From NCBI RefSeq assembly GCF_007748075.1, contig NZ_CP036280.1, positions 1,680,001 to 1,712,000 on the forward strand: a stretch of 32,000 nucleotides of DNA, read 5' to 3'. Positions 22,022-30,807 of this stretch are shown here, piece after piece. A program made the position numbers and the translations under genes. The notes beneath the pieces were generated by a model. The model ran no database searches and was not told the DNA's origin. It saw only the letters and a list, made by a program, of their open reading frames with translations. Numbering within the stretch: position 1 is the stretch's first letter; every line of letters starts with the position of its first letter. Origin of the DNA: Mucisphaera calidilacus. GTDB lineage: Bacteria > Planctomycetota > Phycisphaerae > Phycisphaerales > Phycisphaeraceae.

Positions 22022-22221
22022 GGTGTGTGCTCTAGAAGGTGGACGAAACGGTGGCGATTCTGGTCTACGGCGGCCATGTTACCGATTACAGCCTGCGCGG
22101 CTATCGGGGCGTTGTTGGTGGTCCGTGGATCGCGACTTTCGGGCGTGACGCCATCGCGTTCAGCGCACGTTATGCTCTGGTCTTGCCCCCCAGGTCCCAC
22201 CCACTCGCGGAGCAGGAAAGC

Positions 22222-23721
22222 ATGATGCGGGTTTCTTCAAGTGATTTTTCAATACGCGCCCCGTCTTCTTCGGGCCGTCGCCCGAACGTCGTGTTCATCA
22301 TGCCGGATCAGCTCCGGGCCCGGTCGCTGCCTCTGTATCAGCGTCGGCTGCCTGACGCCGACAACACCTACCCGCTGCCGATCGAGACGCCTCATCTCGA
22401 GCTTCTCGCCTCGCAGAGCCTGGTGCTGGATGATGTCGTCTCGACCTGTCCGGTGTGCACGCCTTACCGCGCGATGCTCCAGACGGGTCGTCACCCTCAG
22501 ACCACCGGCCACATCATCAACTCGACGCGTACGCGTTGGAGTGAGATCGGGTTGGCGGATGCGTTCGGCAGGTCGGGGTACCGCACGGGCTATGTGGGCA
22601 AGTGGCATCTGCACACTGGAGCGTGGCCGGCCAACAACGTGCCTGACTGGGTGCCCGAGGGTCGGGACCGTCTGGGTTGGCAGTCGTGGCGAGGGTACAA
22701 CCAGCACATGGTCTACTTTGATGGGTATGTGAACGGGGATGACTGGAACGCCGATCGGTGGTCGGGGTATGAGACGCGTGGTTTGCAGGCGTACACGCGG
22801 GCGTTTCTCGATGAGCATCAGGCGAGCCACGCCGACGATCCTTTCTTTTTGTTCTTGTCGCCTCAGCCGCCTCATGACTCGCCGTTTACGATGGCACCGG
22901 AGGAGGCTTATGCGGGGCTTCCTGAGATCGAGGCTGTTTCGCTTCCGGCCAACGTCCCGGAGGGTGTGGACCGGACCCGGGTGAAGAAGGCGTATCGCGA
23001 TTACATGGCGATGATTCTGATGGTGGACGAGATGGTCGGCAGCGTGCTGTCGGATCTTGAGCGTCGCGGTCTGACGGACGATACGCTCGTGGTCTTCACC
23101 TCGGATCACGGCACGATGGGCGGTTCGCACGGGAGGGGTTTCTGGGAGAAGAAGCAGCCGCAGGAGGAGTCGATTCAGGTGCCGTTCATGGTTCGTTTTC
23201 CGGACGGCCGTCACGGGGGCGAGCGTCGGTCTGTGCTGACCTCGCCGGTTGATCTGTTCCCGTCGCTTTGCGGGCTGTGCGGTGTCGGGGTCCCGCGCAC
23301 GGTTGAGGGGCACGACCTGTCGGGTGCCTGGTGCGGTGCATCGGATGCGTTGCAGCAGGAGGGTGTGCTGCTGATGAACTTCTCCGAGGCCTTCGACCAT
23401 TACAGGAACGGCAACGAGTGGCGCGGGGTGCGTACGCGAGACCACTGCTACGCGCGTTATCTCGACGGGCGTGAAGTTTTGTACGGCCTGCGGGATGACC
23501 CGTTGCAGATGGAGAATCTTGCGGAGTATCGTCGGCACGCCGATCTCAAGTCGTCTCTGGCCGCGATGATGGGGAGCCTGATGGCGGAGCGTGGCGACGA
23601 GCTCCAGCCGTGCGTGAACTACCGCGACTGGGTGGACACGCAGCGGCGTGTGGTGCGCAATGCGTACGGGCCTCTGCCGGACCCCGAGCAGCTCCCCGAC
23701 TGGTCGCTGTGCGGGGCGTGA
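22222..23721 (+). CDS. Cys-type sulfatase, no signal peptide
   Basis: I chose the ATG at 22222 (AGGAAA upstream, MMRVSSSDF...RPNVVFIMPDQ). The track start at 22039 would consume the divergent promoter region. The motif is CTPYRAMLQTGRHP (C-x-P-x-R), and FTSDHG lies downstream. Confidence 0.85.
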   Translation: MMRVSSSDFSIRAPSSSGRRPNVVFIMPDQLRARSLPLYQRRLPDADNTYPLPIETPHLELLASQSLVLDDVVSTCPVCTPYRAMLQTGRHPQTTGHIINSTRTRWSEIGLADAFGRSGYRTGYVGKWHLHTGAWPANNVPDWVPEGRDRLGWQSWRGYNQHMVYFDGYVNGDDWNADRWSGYETRGLQAYTRAFLDEHQASHADDPFFLFLSPQPPHDSPFTMAPEEAYAGLPEIEAVSLPANVPEGVDRTRVKKAYRDYMAMILMVDEMVGSVLSDLERRGLTDDTLVVFTSDHGTMGGSHGRGFWEKKQPQEESIQVPFMVRFPDGRHGGERRSVLTSPVDLFPSLCGLCGVGVPRTVEGHDLSGAWCGASDALQQEGVLLMNFSEAFDHYRNGNEWRGVRTRDHCYARYLDGREVLYGLRDDPLQMENLAEYRRHADLKSSLAAMMGSLMAERGDELQPCVNYRDWVDTQRRVVRNAYGPLPDPEQLPDWSLCGA

Positions 23722-23728
23722 GGCGGGT

Positions 23729-25567
23729 TTACTCTGCTGGGGCGTGTTCTGCGGCGGCGATGGAATCGAACTCGGCACGGGCCGCGTGGGATGCTTCGAC
23801 GCGTGCGGTGTTGCTCATGGGCACGGCCGCGGCGAGGCAGTGAATCCCCGGGTTCAGGTGTGATTGCAGTGCGGGGATCAACACCCTGGGGTAGAGCAGG
23901 TTGGCGTTGGGTGCCGCCTTGATGATCTCGCCCTGTCGTTTGCCGTTGAGGTCGATGATGGCTGCGTTGATCGGTCCCCTGACCGAGGCGTGGCCCTCGC
24001 CTGTGTCGGTGTGATTCCCGGGGTCGGGTCGCGTTTCTTCGGCCAGCGGGACGGCGAAGCCGCCATCGACCGCGTGCAGTGATCTCGGCGTGTCGATGAA
24101 GTGGACCCTGATGTAGTCGGGTGGGGTCATCGCGAGCCATGTGGTGACGGTGACGTCCGGCCAGGGGTGCCAGCGGATGACGATGCGTCGGTCGATCATT
24201 TCGATTTCGTCGTGGTCGGTCCGGCTGCGCCAGCCGCGGCCGTCTTCGCTGAGCGCGAGTGTGCTGTCGGGGGCGAAGAACTCGATGGTGTCGTGGCTGA
24301 GGGGCACGCAGAATCCGTGGCGTGTTGCGTAGGCGAGTTTGGCGTACTTCGAGCCCGCGTGCCTGAGCCATCGCCCGTGGCTCTGCCCGACGATAGCGGT
24401 GACCTGGCCGTCGTCGGGGTCGCGTCGCAGCGCCATTCGCGCCTCGGGCTGCGTGATCACGGTTTCTTGCTCCGGTGCTGGCAGCGGTTCTTCGTCGGCG
24501 GTCCAGAAGGGGTGGTTCTCGGAGAGCGCGAGGGGCAGGAAGGCCTTGCCGGCCCAGTAGGGTGATCCGTGCGCGTTGTACTGCTCGGTCATGTGCGTGT
24601 TGGGGTAGGCGTAGCCGTTGACGAGTAGGCCGGCGGGGTTGAAGATCGCTTGCTGCGACCACCAGCGCAGATTGCGCAGGAGCATTCCCTTGACGCGGCC
24701 CCATGGTGTCTGCGGCTGTCCGCTGTAGGCCCATGCTGCCCAGAAGGATGCCTGGGCGTGCTTGTAGGTCAGGCTGCGTCCGAAGGGCAGGCCCTGGCCG
24801 TCCGACGCGAACCAGTGCTGGTGATGGTCGGCGAACTTTCGGGCGCGTTTCTCGGCGCGTTCGCAGAACTCGGGGTTGATCTCGCGTGCCTGCCGGGCGA
24901 TGACGAGTCCGTAGTACTGCATGGCCCAGGGGACGTACCAGTCGCACTGGCGACCGAGGCCGTCGCTGAGCCATCCGTTGCCGAGGGCCATCGTGTCGAT
25001 TCTGGCGAGGTCCTCGGCGATCTGTCGTTCGTCGCAGGGGCGTCCTGCGTGGCGCAGTCCCAGATTTGCGAGGAGACGGAAGTAGAGCCAGTTGTTCTCG
25101 GGCACGCGGCATTGGTTGACCTTGAGCATGAAGCGTTCGAGGTCGGCCCTGGCCTTCGTGGGTAGCGGCTCGTAGATTGATTCTGGGGCGATGAGCAGGC
25201 ATGCGCCGAGCACGCCGATCTCGACAATCCGCTGGTCGATATCGGTTGGGTCGCCCCAGAACTCGGGGTGATCGGGATTGACGCCGTTGCTGAGCACCTC
25301 GTGGATCACGTCGAGGTGGTCGAATCGTCCGCCTCCCGCGATCAGGGGCGTGATCGACCAGAACTGCCGCGCGAAGGCCTCCATCGTGGCGCCCCTGTTG
25401 CTGTAGGAGGCTCCTGTCGCGTCGAAGCGGATCCCTGCTCGGCCGGGCGTGATGAAGGGCAGCACCGGTTCGAAGATGTCTCTGGCTGCGTTCTGCAGGT
25501 CGCGGTGTGTTCGGAGCGGGTTGCCCGCGAGCGGGTTGTGGGGGATCGATCGTGTCTGCTCATGCAT
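23729..25567 (-). CDS. DUF2264 domain protein (uncharacterised, glycan-catabolism associated)
   Basis: The 612-aa product contains NPLAGNPLRTHRDL, GASYSNRGATMEAFARQFW, NPDHPEFWGDPTDIDQRIVE and ENNWLYFRLLANLGL. This matches the pattern I recall for DUF2264. No signal peptide is present. Confidence 0.65.
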   Translation of the reverse strand: MHEQTRSIPHNPLAGNPLRTHRDLQNAARDIFEPVLPFITPGRAGIRFDATGASYSNRGATMEAFARQFWSITPLIAGGGRFDHLDVIHEVLSNGVNPDHPEFWGDPTDIDQRIVEIGVLGACLLIAPESIYEPLPTKARADLERFMLKVNQCRVPENNWLYFRLLANLGLRHAGRPCDERQIAEDLARIDTMALGNGWLSDGLGRQCDWYVPWAMQYYGLVIARQAREINPEFCERAEKRARKFADHHQHWFASDGQGLPFGRSLTYKHAQASFWAAWAYSGQPQTPWGRVKGMLLRNLRWWSQQAIFNPAGLLVNGYAYPNTHMTEQYNAHGSPYWAGKAFLPLALSENHPFWTADEEPLPAPEQETVITQPEARMALRRDPDDGQVTAIVGQSHGRWLRHAGSKYAKLAYATRHGFCVPLSHDTIEFFAPDSTLALSEDGRGWRSRTDHDEIEMIDRRIVIRWHPWPDVTVTTWLAMTPPDYIRVHFIDTPRSLHAVDGGFAVPLAEETRPDPGNHTDTGEGHASVRGPINAAIIDLNGKRQGEIIKAAPNANLLYPRVLIPALQSHLNPGIHCLAAAVPMSNTARVEASHAARAEFDSIAAAEHAPAE

Positions 25568-25600
25568 GGCGGGTACTGATGGTTTGGGTGTGCGTGCGGA

Positions 25601-27028
25601 TCAGCATACGTGGGTGAGGTCGCTGTTGCGACGCCCTCCCGGGCGTAGCGATGTCGGTTCGATGATGGTCGGCGTGGGTTCGTTCAGTTGCTCCATCCAC
25701 GCGAGGAGGCGCGAGCGCATGTGGTCACGGACGTGGGTGAAGCTGTCGTAGTCCAGCAGGTTGTTGAGTTCGTAGGGGTCGTACTCGAGGTCGTAGAGCG
25801 CGGTTTCCCGGTAGGTGTCGCTGTGCATGGCTGAGGGGTCGTGCTCGGGTGCTTCGACGATGTATTTCCATCGCCGGGTGCGTACCGCGCGTGCGGTTCC
25901 GCTTTCGCTGATTTGTATGTAGACGCTGTCGGGTCGTTGCGTGGCGGGGTCTGTGTCGCGTCTGACCAGTGGCATGAGTGAGTGTCCCTGCATGGTCTGT
26001 GGTATGTCGATGTCGCAGGCGTCGAGGAGTGTTGGGGGCAGGTCGATGAGGCTGACGAGTTCGTCGATTCGTCCTGCGCCTGTGAACGGGCCGCCGTGGA
26101 GCATCGCGGGCACACGGATGGAAGCCTCGTGTCCGGATCGTTTGTATTCGGCGTTGCGGGTTTTGAAATGGTTGCCGTGGTCGGAGGTGAAGAGGACGAT
26201 GGTGTTGTCGAGGATACCGAGTGACTTGAGTGCGTCGGCGACGCGTCCGAGTGCCTCGTCGAGTCGTCGCACCATGCCGCAGTAGCCGGCGAAGTGCTGC
26301 TGTGTCGACCCGCCTGTGACGGCCTGGGGTTGGAATGTTGCTTGTTCGTGTGTTGGCAGTGCGGCGAGGTCTGGTGGGCACCATCGGCCGAGGTATCGTT
26401 GTGCGTAGCCGTCGGGTGCGGGGTAGCTGTCGGTGTCGTTCTGGTGATGGGGCTCGATGAAGGACCCCATCATGAAGAAGGGTTGATCGGGGTTTGTCTG
26501 CGTGTGGTCGTTGACCATGCGTATGAGTGCGTCGGCGACGGCGTCGGATCGGTAGCCGGGCAGGGTGACCGGCTGGTTGTCGTTGTCGTAGAGGATCGTT
26601 TTGTATTCGTGGACGGAGAATTCGAGGGCTTCGGTGCCGAGCCATGTCTGGTATCCGCCGCGTGCTGATTCGGGGACGACCTGTTCGCCGCGCGGCTCGC
26701 CGCTGAGGTGCCACTTGCCGACGTAGCCGGTGTGGTATCCGGCCTTGTTGAAGCATTCGGCGAGGCTTGGCAGGTCGGGGTTGAGGCCGATGCCGTTGCG
26801 GTAGGTGCCGTTGGTCGTGGCGTAGGTGCCGGTCTGGAGGCAAGCCCGAGCCGGTCCGCAGAGCGGCTGGCAGCTGAAGGTATTGTGCACGTCGGTCCCG
26901 CGTCGTGCGAGTCGGTCGAGGTTTGGCGTGAGGTCGAGCGGGCAGCCGTGGACGCCCGTGACGTCGTGTCGCTGCTGGTCGGTGAAGAAGATGAGGACGT
27001 TGTGGGGGCGTCGCGTCTGCATGGCCAT
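25601..27028 (-). CDS. Cys-type sulfatase, no signal peptide
   Basis: The 475-aa product begins MAMQTRRPHNVLIFFTDQQRHD and carries the motif CGPARACLQTGTY (C-x-P-x-R). Downstream segments are YVGKWHL and FTSDHGN. It lies 33 nt upstream of the DUF2264 gene on the same strand. Confidence 0.9.
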   Translation of the reverse strand: MAMQTRRPHNVLIFFTDQQRHDVTGVHGCPLDLTPNLDRLARRGTDVHNTFSCQPLCGPARACLQTGTYATTNGTYRNGIGLNPDLPSLAECFNKAGYHTGYVGKWHLSGEPRGEQVVPESARGGYQTWLGTEALEFSVHEYKTILYDNDNQPVTLPGYRSDAVADALIRMVNDHTQTNPDQPFFMMGSFIEPHHQNDTDSYPAPDGYAQRYLGRWCPPDLAALPTHEQATFQPQAVTGGSTQQHFAGYCGMVRRLDEALGRVADALKSLGILDNTIVLFTSDHGNHFKTRNAEYKRSGHEASIRVPAMLHGGPFTGAGRIDELVSLIDLPPTLLDACDIDIPQTMQGHSLMPLVRRDTDPATQRPDSVYIQISESGTARAVRTRRWKYIVEAPEHDPSAMHSDTYRETALYDLEYDPYELNNLLDYDSFTHVRDHMRSRLLAWMEQLNEPTPTIIEPTSLRPGGRRNSDLTHVC

Positions 27029-27098
27029 AAGCTACACGAGGGCAAAACGCCTCGCAGCGGGGGATCCCGGGCAGCCGTCGTGCGTGTTGCACGGCGGA

Positions 27099-27104
27099 TA
27101 TAAT
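27099..27104 (+). promoter_or_regulatory. Perfect TATAAT hexamer, candidate -10 for the S51/dockerin gene
   Basis: The hexamer lies 34 nt upstream of ATG 27138, within the 109-bp divergent intergenic region. I found no convincing -35. An imperfect inverted repeat CCGTCGTGC-gtgtt-GCACGGCGG (27075-27097) abuts it. Confidence 0.25.
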
Positions 27105-27137
27105 GGTTGGGCTACGGTCATCCATGTGAGAAGCTGT

Positions 27138-28544
27138 ATGTATATGGAGAGAAAGACTCTGCGTTCCACCATGTTTTCGCTCGTTGGCGTGTTGGTGGCG
27201 CTTCAGGCGTCATCGGTCCGGGGTCTGCAGATCTACACCACCGGCAACGGAGCGGACAGCACCGCCACGCCTGAGCCCGGTCTGCTTCTAGCCGGGGGCG
27301 GCCGGGACGTCGACTCTGCCATGCGTTGGTTCCGGGATCGTGTCAACGGCGGCGATCTGGTCGTTCTGAGAGCCTCCGGTTCGGATGGTTACAACGACTA
27401 TCTGTATCACCAGCTGCCGGGCGTCCGGCCCGACTCGGTCCAGACCCTGGTCATTGATCGCCGGTCGGATGCCTACAACGGGGCGGTCCTTCGTATTCTG
27501 GAGCGTGCCGAGGGTATCTTCATCGCGGGCGGTGATCAGGCGGATTACGACGCCTATTGGCGAGGAACGCCTGTGGAAGACGTCATCAACGAGAAGGTCG
27601 CCGCGGGCACGCCGTTGGGCGGGACCAGTGCCGGGCTGGCGATACTCGGCTCAACCGCTTACGTGGCCCGTTCGCTTTCGATCTATTCCTCCGAGGCCCT
27701 CGCCGATCCCTATCACGACTACGCAACGCTCGAGCATGATTTCCTGGACGTGCCGGGTCTGGAGGATCTTGTCACGGACTCCCATTTCAGCCAGCGCAGT
27801 CGCGAGGGACGTCTCGCGGCCTTCACCGCGCGTGTGCTCGCCGATACGCCAGCGGATGTCGCCCGGGGCATCGGCGTCGACGAGGATGCGGCGCTGACGA
27901 TCGACCATCGCGGCGAGGTGACCTTTCACGGCCCGTCCAATCGCTCGGCAACCCTGCTGAGGCTGATTGATGACGACCTGAGCCTGACGCCGGGTCAGCC
28001 CCTGACCGCCGGCCCTTACCTTGAGTATGTGCTCGATGACGGGGGCGGTTTTGATCTCGACGGCTGGCGGCCGTCGGGCAGCACGGGAGCAACGCGCACG
28101 TGGTTTGCTTATGAGAACGGTGCACGTATCGACCTGGGGAACCTCGGGGATCTCAATTTCGATGGCGTTCTCGACGCGGGTGATCTTGATCTGCTGAGCC
28201 AGACTCCCGATCACCCCGACGGCGACCTCAATCTGGACGGCCTGCGCGACGAGCAGGATCTTGCTTTTCTTGTCCGGGCTGTGATGGGCACCGAACTCGG
28301 CGACGCCAACCTCGACGGGCGTGTTGACCTCACCGATCTGTCGACGCTCGCGTTTCACTTCGATGAGCAAGATCGCTCGTGGGCGACGGCGGACTTCAAC
28401 GCGGACGGCAGGGTCGATCTGCTGGATCTCTCGATCCTCGCCGGTGGCTTCGGCTTTGAACGCTCTGCCGGTCTTCCCGAGCCGTCTGCGGGCCTTACGT
28501 TGCTCGGGTTGATGGCGGTTAGCGTCCGGCGCGTACCGGGATAA
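27138..28544 (+). CDS. Secreted cyanophycinase-like peptidase (family S51 fold) fused to two dockerin-type repeat pairs and a PEP-CTERM signal
   Basis: The start is ATG 27138 or 27144, giving the signal peptide MERKTLRSTMFSLVGVLVALQASSVRG. S51 blocks are LLLAGGGRDVD, GIFIAGGDQADY, GGTSAGLAILG (nucleophile Ser context) and DSHFSQRSREGRL. Four D-x-N-x-DG loops follow, and the protein ends in LPEPSAGLTLLGLMAVSVRRVPG. Confidence 0.7.
   Translation: MYMERKTLRSTMFSLVGVLVALQASSVRGLQIYTTGNGADSTATPEPGLLLAGGGRDVDSAMRWFRDRVNGGDLVVLRASGSDGYNDYLYHQLPGVRPDSVQTLVIDRRSDAYNGAVLRILERAEGIFIAGGDQADYDAYWRGTPVEDVINEKVAAGTPLGGTSAGLAILGSTAYVARSLSIYSSEALADPYHDYATLEHDFLDVPGLEDLVTDSHFSQRSREGRLAAFTARVLADTPADVARGIGVDEDAALTIDHRGEVTFHGPSNRSATLLRLIDDDLSLTPGQPLTAGPYLEYVLDDGGGFDLDGWRPSGSTGATRTWFAYENGARIDLGNLGDLNFDGVLDAGDLDLLSQTPDHPDGDLNLDGLRDEQDLAFLVRAVMGTELGDANLDGRVDLTDLSTLAFHFDEQDRSWATADFNADGRVDLLDLSILAGGFGFERSAGLPEPSAGLTLLGLMAVSVRRVPG
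28146..28541 (+). repeat. Domain-level module: four dockerin-type loops, i.e. two pairs (28146-28451), plus canonical PEP-CTERM tail (28473-28541)
   Basis: The four loops are GDLNFDGVLDAGDLDLL, GDLNLDGLRDEQDLAFL, GDANLDGRVDLTDLSTL and ADFNADGRVDLLDLSIL. The tail is LPEPSAGLTLLGLMAVSVRR. Confidence 0.8.
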
Positions 28545-28629
28545 CACGGCGTACGACGCTTGGCAGCCAGCGTGGGTTGTCGAGGGGGCATCGAGAGCGC
28601 GAGGATGATCTGCGGGGGGTTCGCGGGTG

Positions 28630-30045
28630 TCAGGCGATCACGAGGGTCTCGACGTCAAGCATCTGCCCGAGGTCTTTGAAGTGCTCGATGCCCAGCGGGT
28701 AGCTGTAGACCGTGTGGTGCGCTCCGCCGGCGTAGATCCATCCCTCGACCGCGCGTTCGAAGTCGGGGAGCGGCTTCCAGAGCGCTCGAGCCACGGGCAG
28801 TTTCGGCGTCGGCTCGTCGGGGGTCACGGCCTGGACTTCATTGAGCAGCAGCCGGAAGCGGTCGCCCATATCGATCAGGCTGGCGTTGACCGCGTTGCCG
28901 GGCGTCGCGGTAAAGACGAGTCGCACGGGGTCGTCTCTGTCGCCGATGCCGAGCGGGTGGCACTCCATGCTGGGTTGCTCGGCGGCGATCGACGGGCAGA
29001 TCTCCAGCATGTGCGATCCGAGGACCGCGGTGTTCTGCGGGTCGAGGTGGTAGGTGTAGTCCTCCATGAAGGAGGTGCCGCCCTCGAGGCCCTGTGCCAT
29101 GACCTTGGCGGCGTGCAGCAGGGCCGAGGTTTTCCAGTCGCCCTCGGCACCGAAGCCGTAGCCATCGGCCATCAGGCGCTGCGAGGCGATCCCCGGCAGT
29201 TGCCTGAGAGCGCCGAGGTCCTCAAAGGTATCGGTGTAGGCCATTGCGTGGCGTTCGTGGAGGAAGGCGCGCAGTCCGAGTTCGATCCGTGCCGCGTCGC
29301 GCACGTGGCTGGTTCGGTCTCCGCCGGTGCCGACGGTGTACTGCTGCCTGTAGGTTTCGCAGAGCCGGTCGATCTCGGCGTCCGCGATGGCGTTGACGTG
29401 CTCGACGAGTTCGCCCACGCCGTAGGTATTGACGCTGAAGCCCAGGATGCGTTCGGCTTCGACTTTGTCGCCCTCGGTGACGGCGACCTGCCTCATGTTG
29501 TCGCCGATGCGGGCCATGCGCAGGTGGCGCAGCGCGTGTTGTCCCGCCGCGGCTCGTGACCAGGTCCCGATGCGTTCGCGTGTGCGCGGGTCCTGCCAGT
29601 GTCCCGCGATGACCTTCCGCTTGACTTTGAGTCGTGCGCAGATGTGCCCGAACTCCCTGCCGCCGTGCGCCGACTGGTTGAGGTTCATGAAGTCCATGTC
29701 GATGGTCGACCAGGGGATGTCGCGGTTGTACTGGGTGTGCAGGTGCAGCAGCGGCTTGGCCAGGATGGATAATCCGCTGATCCACATCTTGGCGGGTGAG
29801 AAGGTGTGCATCCAGGCGATCAGCCCGATGCAGGACGGGCTTGCGTTGGCCTGCTCGATGACGTGCCGGATCTCCTGGGGCGACTGAAGCACCGGTTTGG
29901 CGACCACGCGCACGGGGATGGATGAATCGTGATGCAGTCCTTCCGCGACGCGGCGTGCGTGCTCGTCGACCTGCGCGAGGACCTCGGGGCCGTAGAGATT
30001 CTGACTGCCGACGATCAACCAGACTTCCAGTGAGTGAATATCCAT
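28630..30045 (-). CDS. araA: L-arabinose isomerase
   Basis: The sequence is collinear with E. coli AraA as I recall it. Shared segments are [86 protein letters not shown] and GGAHHTV. I chose the ATG at 30045 (MDIHSLEVW) because it lies 19 nt after the araD stop, with GGAG upstream. Confidence 0.92.
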   Translation of the reverse strand: MDIHSLEVWLIVGSQNLYGPEVLAQVDEHARRVAEGLHHDSSIPVRVVAKPVLQSPQEIRHVIEQANASPSCIGLIAWMHTFSPAKMWISGLSILAKPLLHLHTQYNRDIPWSTIDMDFMNLNQSAHGGREFGHICARLKVKRKVIAGHWQDPRTRERIGTWSRAAAGQHALRHLRMARIGDNMRQVAVTEGDKVEAERILGFSVNTYGVGELVEHVNAIADAEIDRLCETYRQQYTVGTGGDRTSHVRDAARIELGLRAFLHERHAMAYTDTFEDLGALRQLPGIASQRLMADGYGFGAEGDWKTSALLHAAKVMAQGLEGGTSFMEDYTYHLDPQNTAVLGSHMLEICPSIAAEQPSMECHPLGIGDRDDPVRLVFTATPGNAVNASLIDMGDRFRLLLNEVQAVTPDEPTPKLPVARALWKPLPDFERAVEGWIYAGGAHHTVYSYPLGIEHFKDLGQMLDVETLVIA

Positions 30046-30064
30046 CCCGCGCTCCGGCTTGTTG

Positions 30065-30763
30065 CTAGGTGGGTTGGCCGTAGTAGGCATCGGGCCCGTG
30101 CTTGCGGGCCTGGTGTTTGGCCAGAACGTAGGGTTCCAGTTCGATCGGATCCCCGGTGAGGCGTTGCAGGTGCAGGGCCATCTCCGCCACGGCTTCGAGT
30201 GCGACGGCGTTGTCCAGCGCCTTCGCGGGCGTTGTTCCCCAGGTGAAGGGCGCGTGGCCCGCGACCAGTACGGCGGGCAGGCGCAGGGGATCGTTCGCTT
30301 GCTGTGAGAGGCATTCGACGATTGCCCGGCCGGTCTCGTGCTCGTAGTCGTTGGCGACCTGATCCTGTGTCAGCGGGCGTGTCACCGGAATCGGGCCGTC
30401 GAAATGGTCGGCGTGCGTCGTGCCCGTGCAGGGGATCGGTCTGCGTGCCTGGGCGTACACGGTGGCGAAGCGGCTGTGCGTGTGGACGATCCCCCCGATG
30501 CCCTCGAAGCGTCGGTAGAGTTCGAGGTGAGTGGGGGTGTCGGATGAGGGCCGCAGGCCGGATTCGAGAACGTCGCCTTGCAGATTGGTAACCACCATCT
30601 GGTCGGGCGTGAGTTGCTCGTAGGGGACGCCGCTTGGCTTGATGACCATGTGGCGGCGATCTTCGCTGATGCCGCTGACGTTGCCCCAGGTCAGGGTGAC
30701 CAGGCCCTCGGCGACGAGTCGACGGTTGGCGTGACAGACAGCCTGCTTGAGGTCATCGAGCAT
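30065..30763 (-). CDS. araD: L-ribulose-5-phosphate 4-epimerase (class II aldolase fold)
   Basis: The 232-aa product is collinear with E. coli AraD. Shared segments are [54 protein letters not shown] and [10 protein letters not shown]. Confidence 0.92.
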   Translation of the reverse strand: MLDDLKQAVCHANRRLVAEGLVTLTWGNVSGISEDRRHMVIKPSGVPYEQLTPDQMVVTNLQGDVLESGLRPSSDTPTHLELYRRFEGIGGIVHTHSRFATVYAQARRPIPCTGTTHADHFDGPIPVTRPLTQDQVANDYEHETGRAIVECLSQQANDPLRLPAVLVAGHAPFTWGTTPAKALDNAVALEAVAEMALHLQRLTGDPIELEPYVLAKHQARKHGPDAYYGQPT

Positions 30764-30807
30764 GGTCTTGACCCAGGGGCTGTGTGCTTTCCGGTCGCTT
30801 GGTGCGC

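Noticed and set aside
22039-22221. N-terminal extensions of track ORFs: 22039-22221, 16564-16845, 26826-27137, 14505-14564, 17432-17488, 18628-18666, 9561-9596 and 30046-30090
   Set aside because: These longest-ORF starts overlap neighbouring genes or consume promoter regions. They also add non-homologous residues ahead of signal peptides or conserved N-termini. The internal starts have ribosome-binding sites (for example AGGAGG before 18627) or sit right after the upstream stop.
22222-22300. Possible Tat signal (SSGRRPNVVF) at the N-terminus of the second sulfatase
   Set aside because: The twin arginines are followed directly by the conserved first beta-strand of the sulfatase fold, with no hydrophobic h-region. 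It is not a Tat leader.
22249-25202. Long minus-strand ORFs 22249-23778 (509 aa) and 23619-25202 (527 aa)
   Set aside because: The first is antisense to the sulfatase. The second is an out-of-frame overlap of the DUF2264 gene. Both products are Arg/Pro-rich without motifs, while the chosen frames have strong family signatures.
25725-27125. 466-aa minus-strand ORF in an alternative frame of the sulfatase gene, plus 26470-27045 and 25684-26115
   Set aside because: These translations are rich in Pro, Arg, Thr and Ser and are low-complexity. The 25601-27028 frame carries the C-x-P-x-R and DHG sulfatase blocks.
28545-28629. Bidirectional terminator between the convergent S51 and araA genes
   Set aside because: The only structure is a 5-bp stem, ACGCT...AGCGT (28555-28572), with an 8-nt loop and no flanking T/A tracts. 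That is too weak to call.
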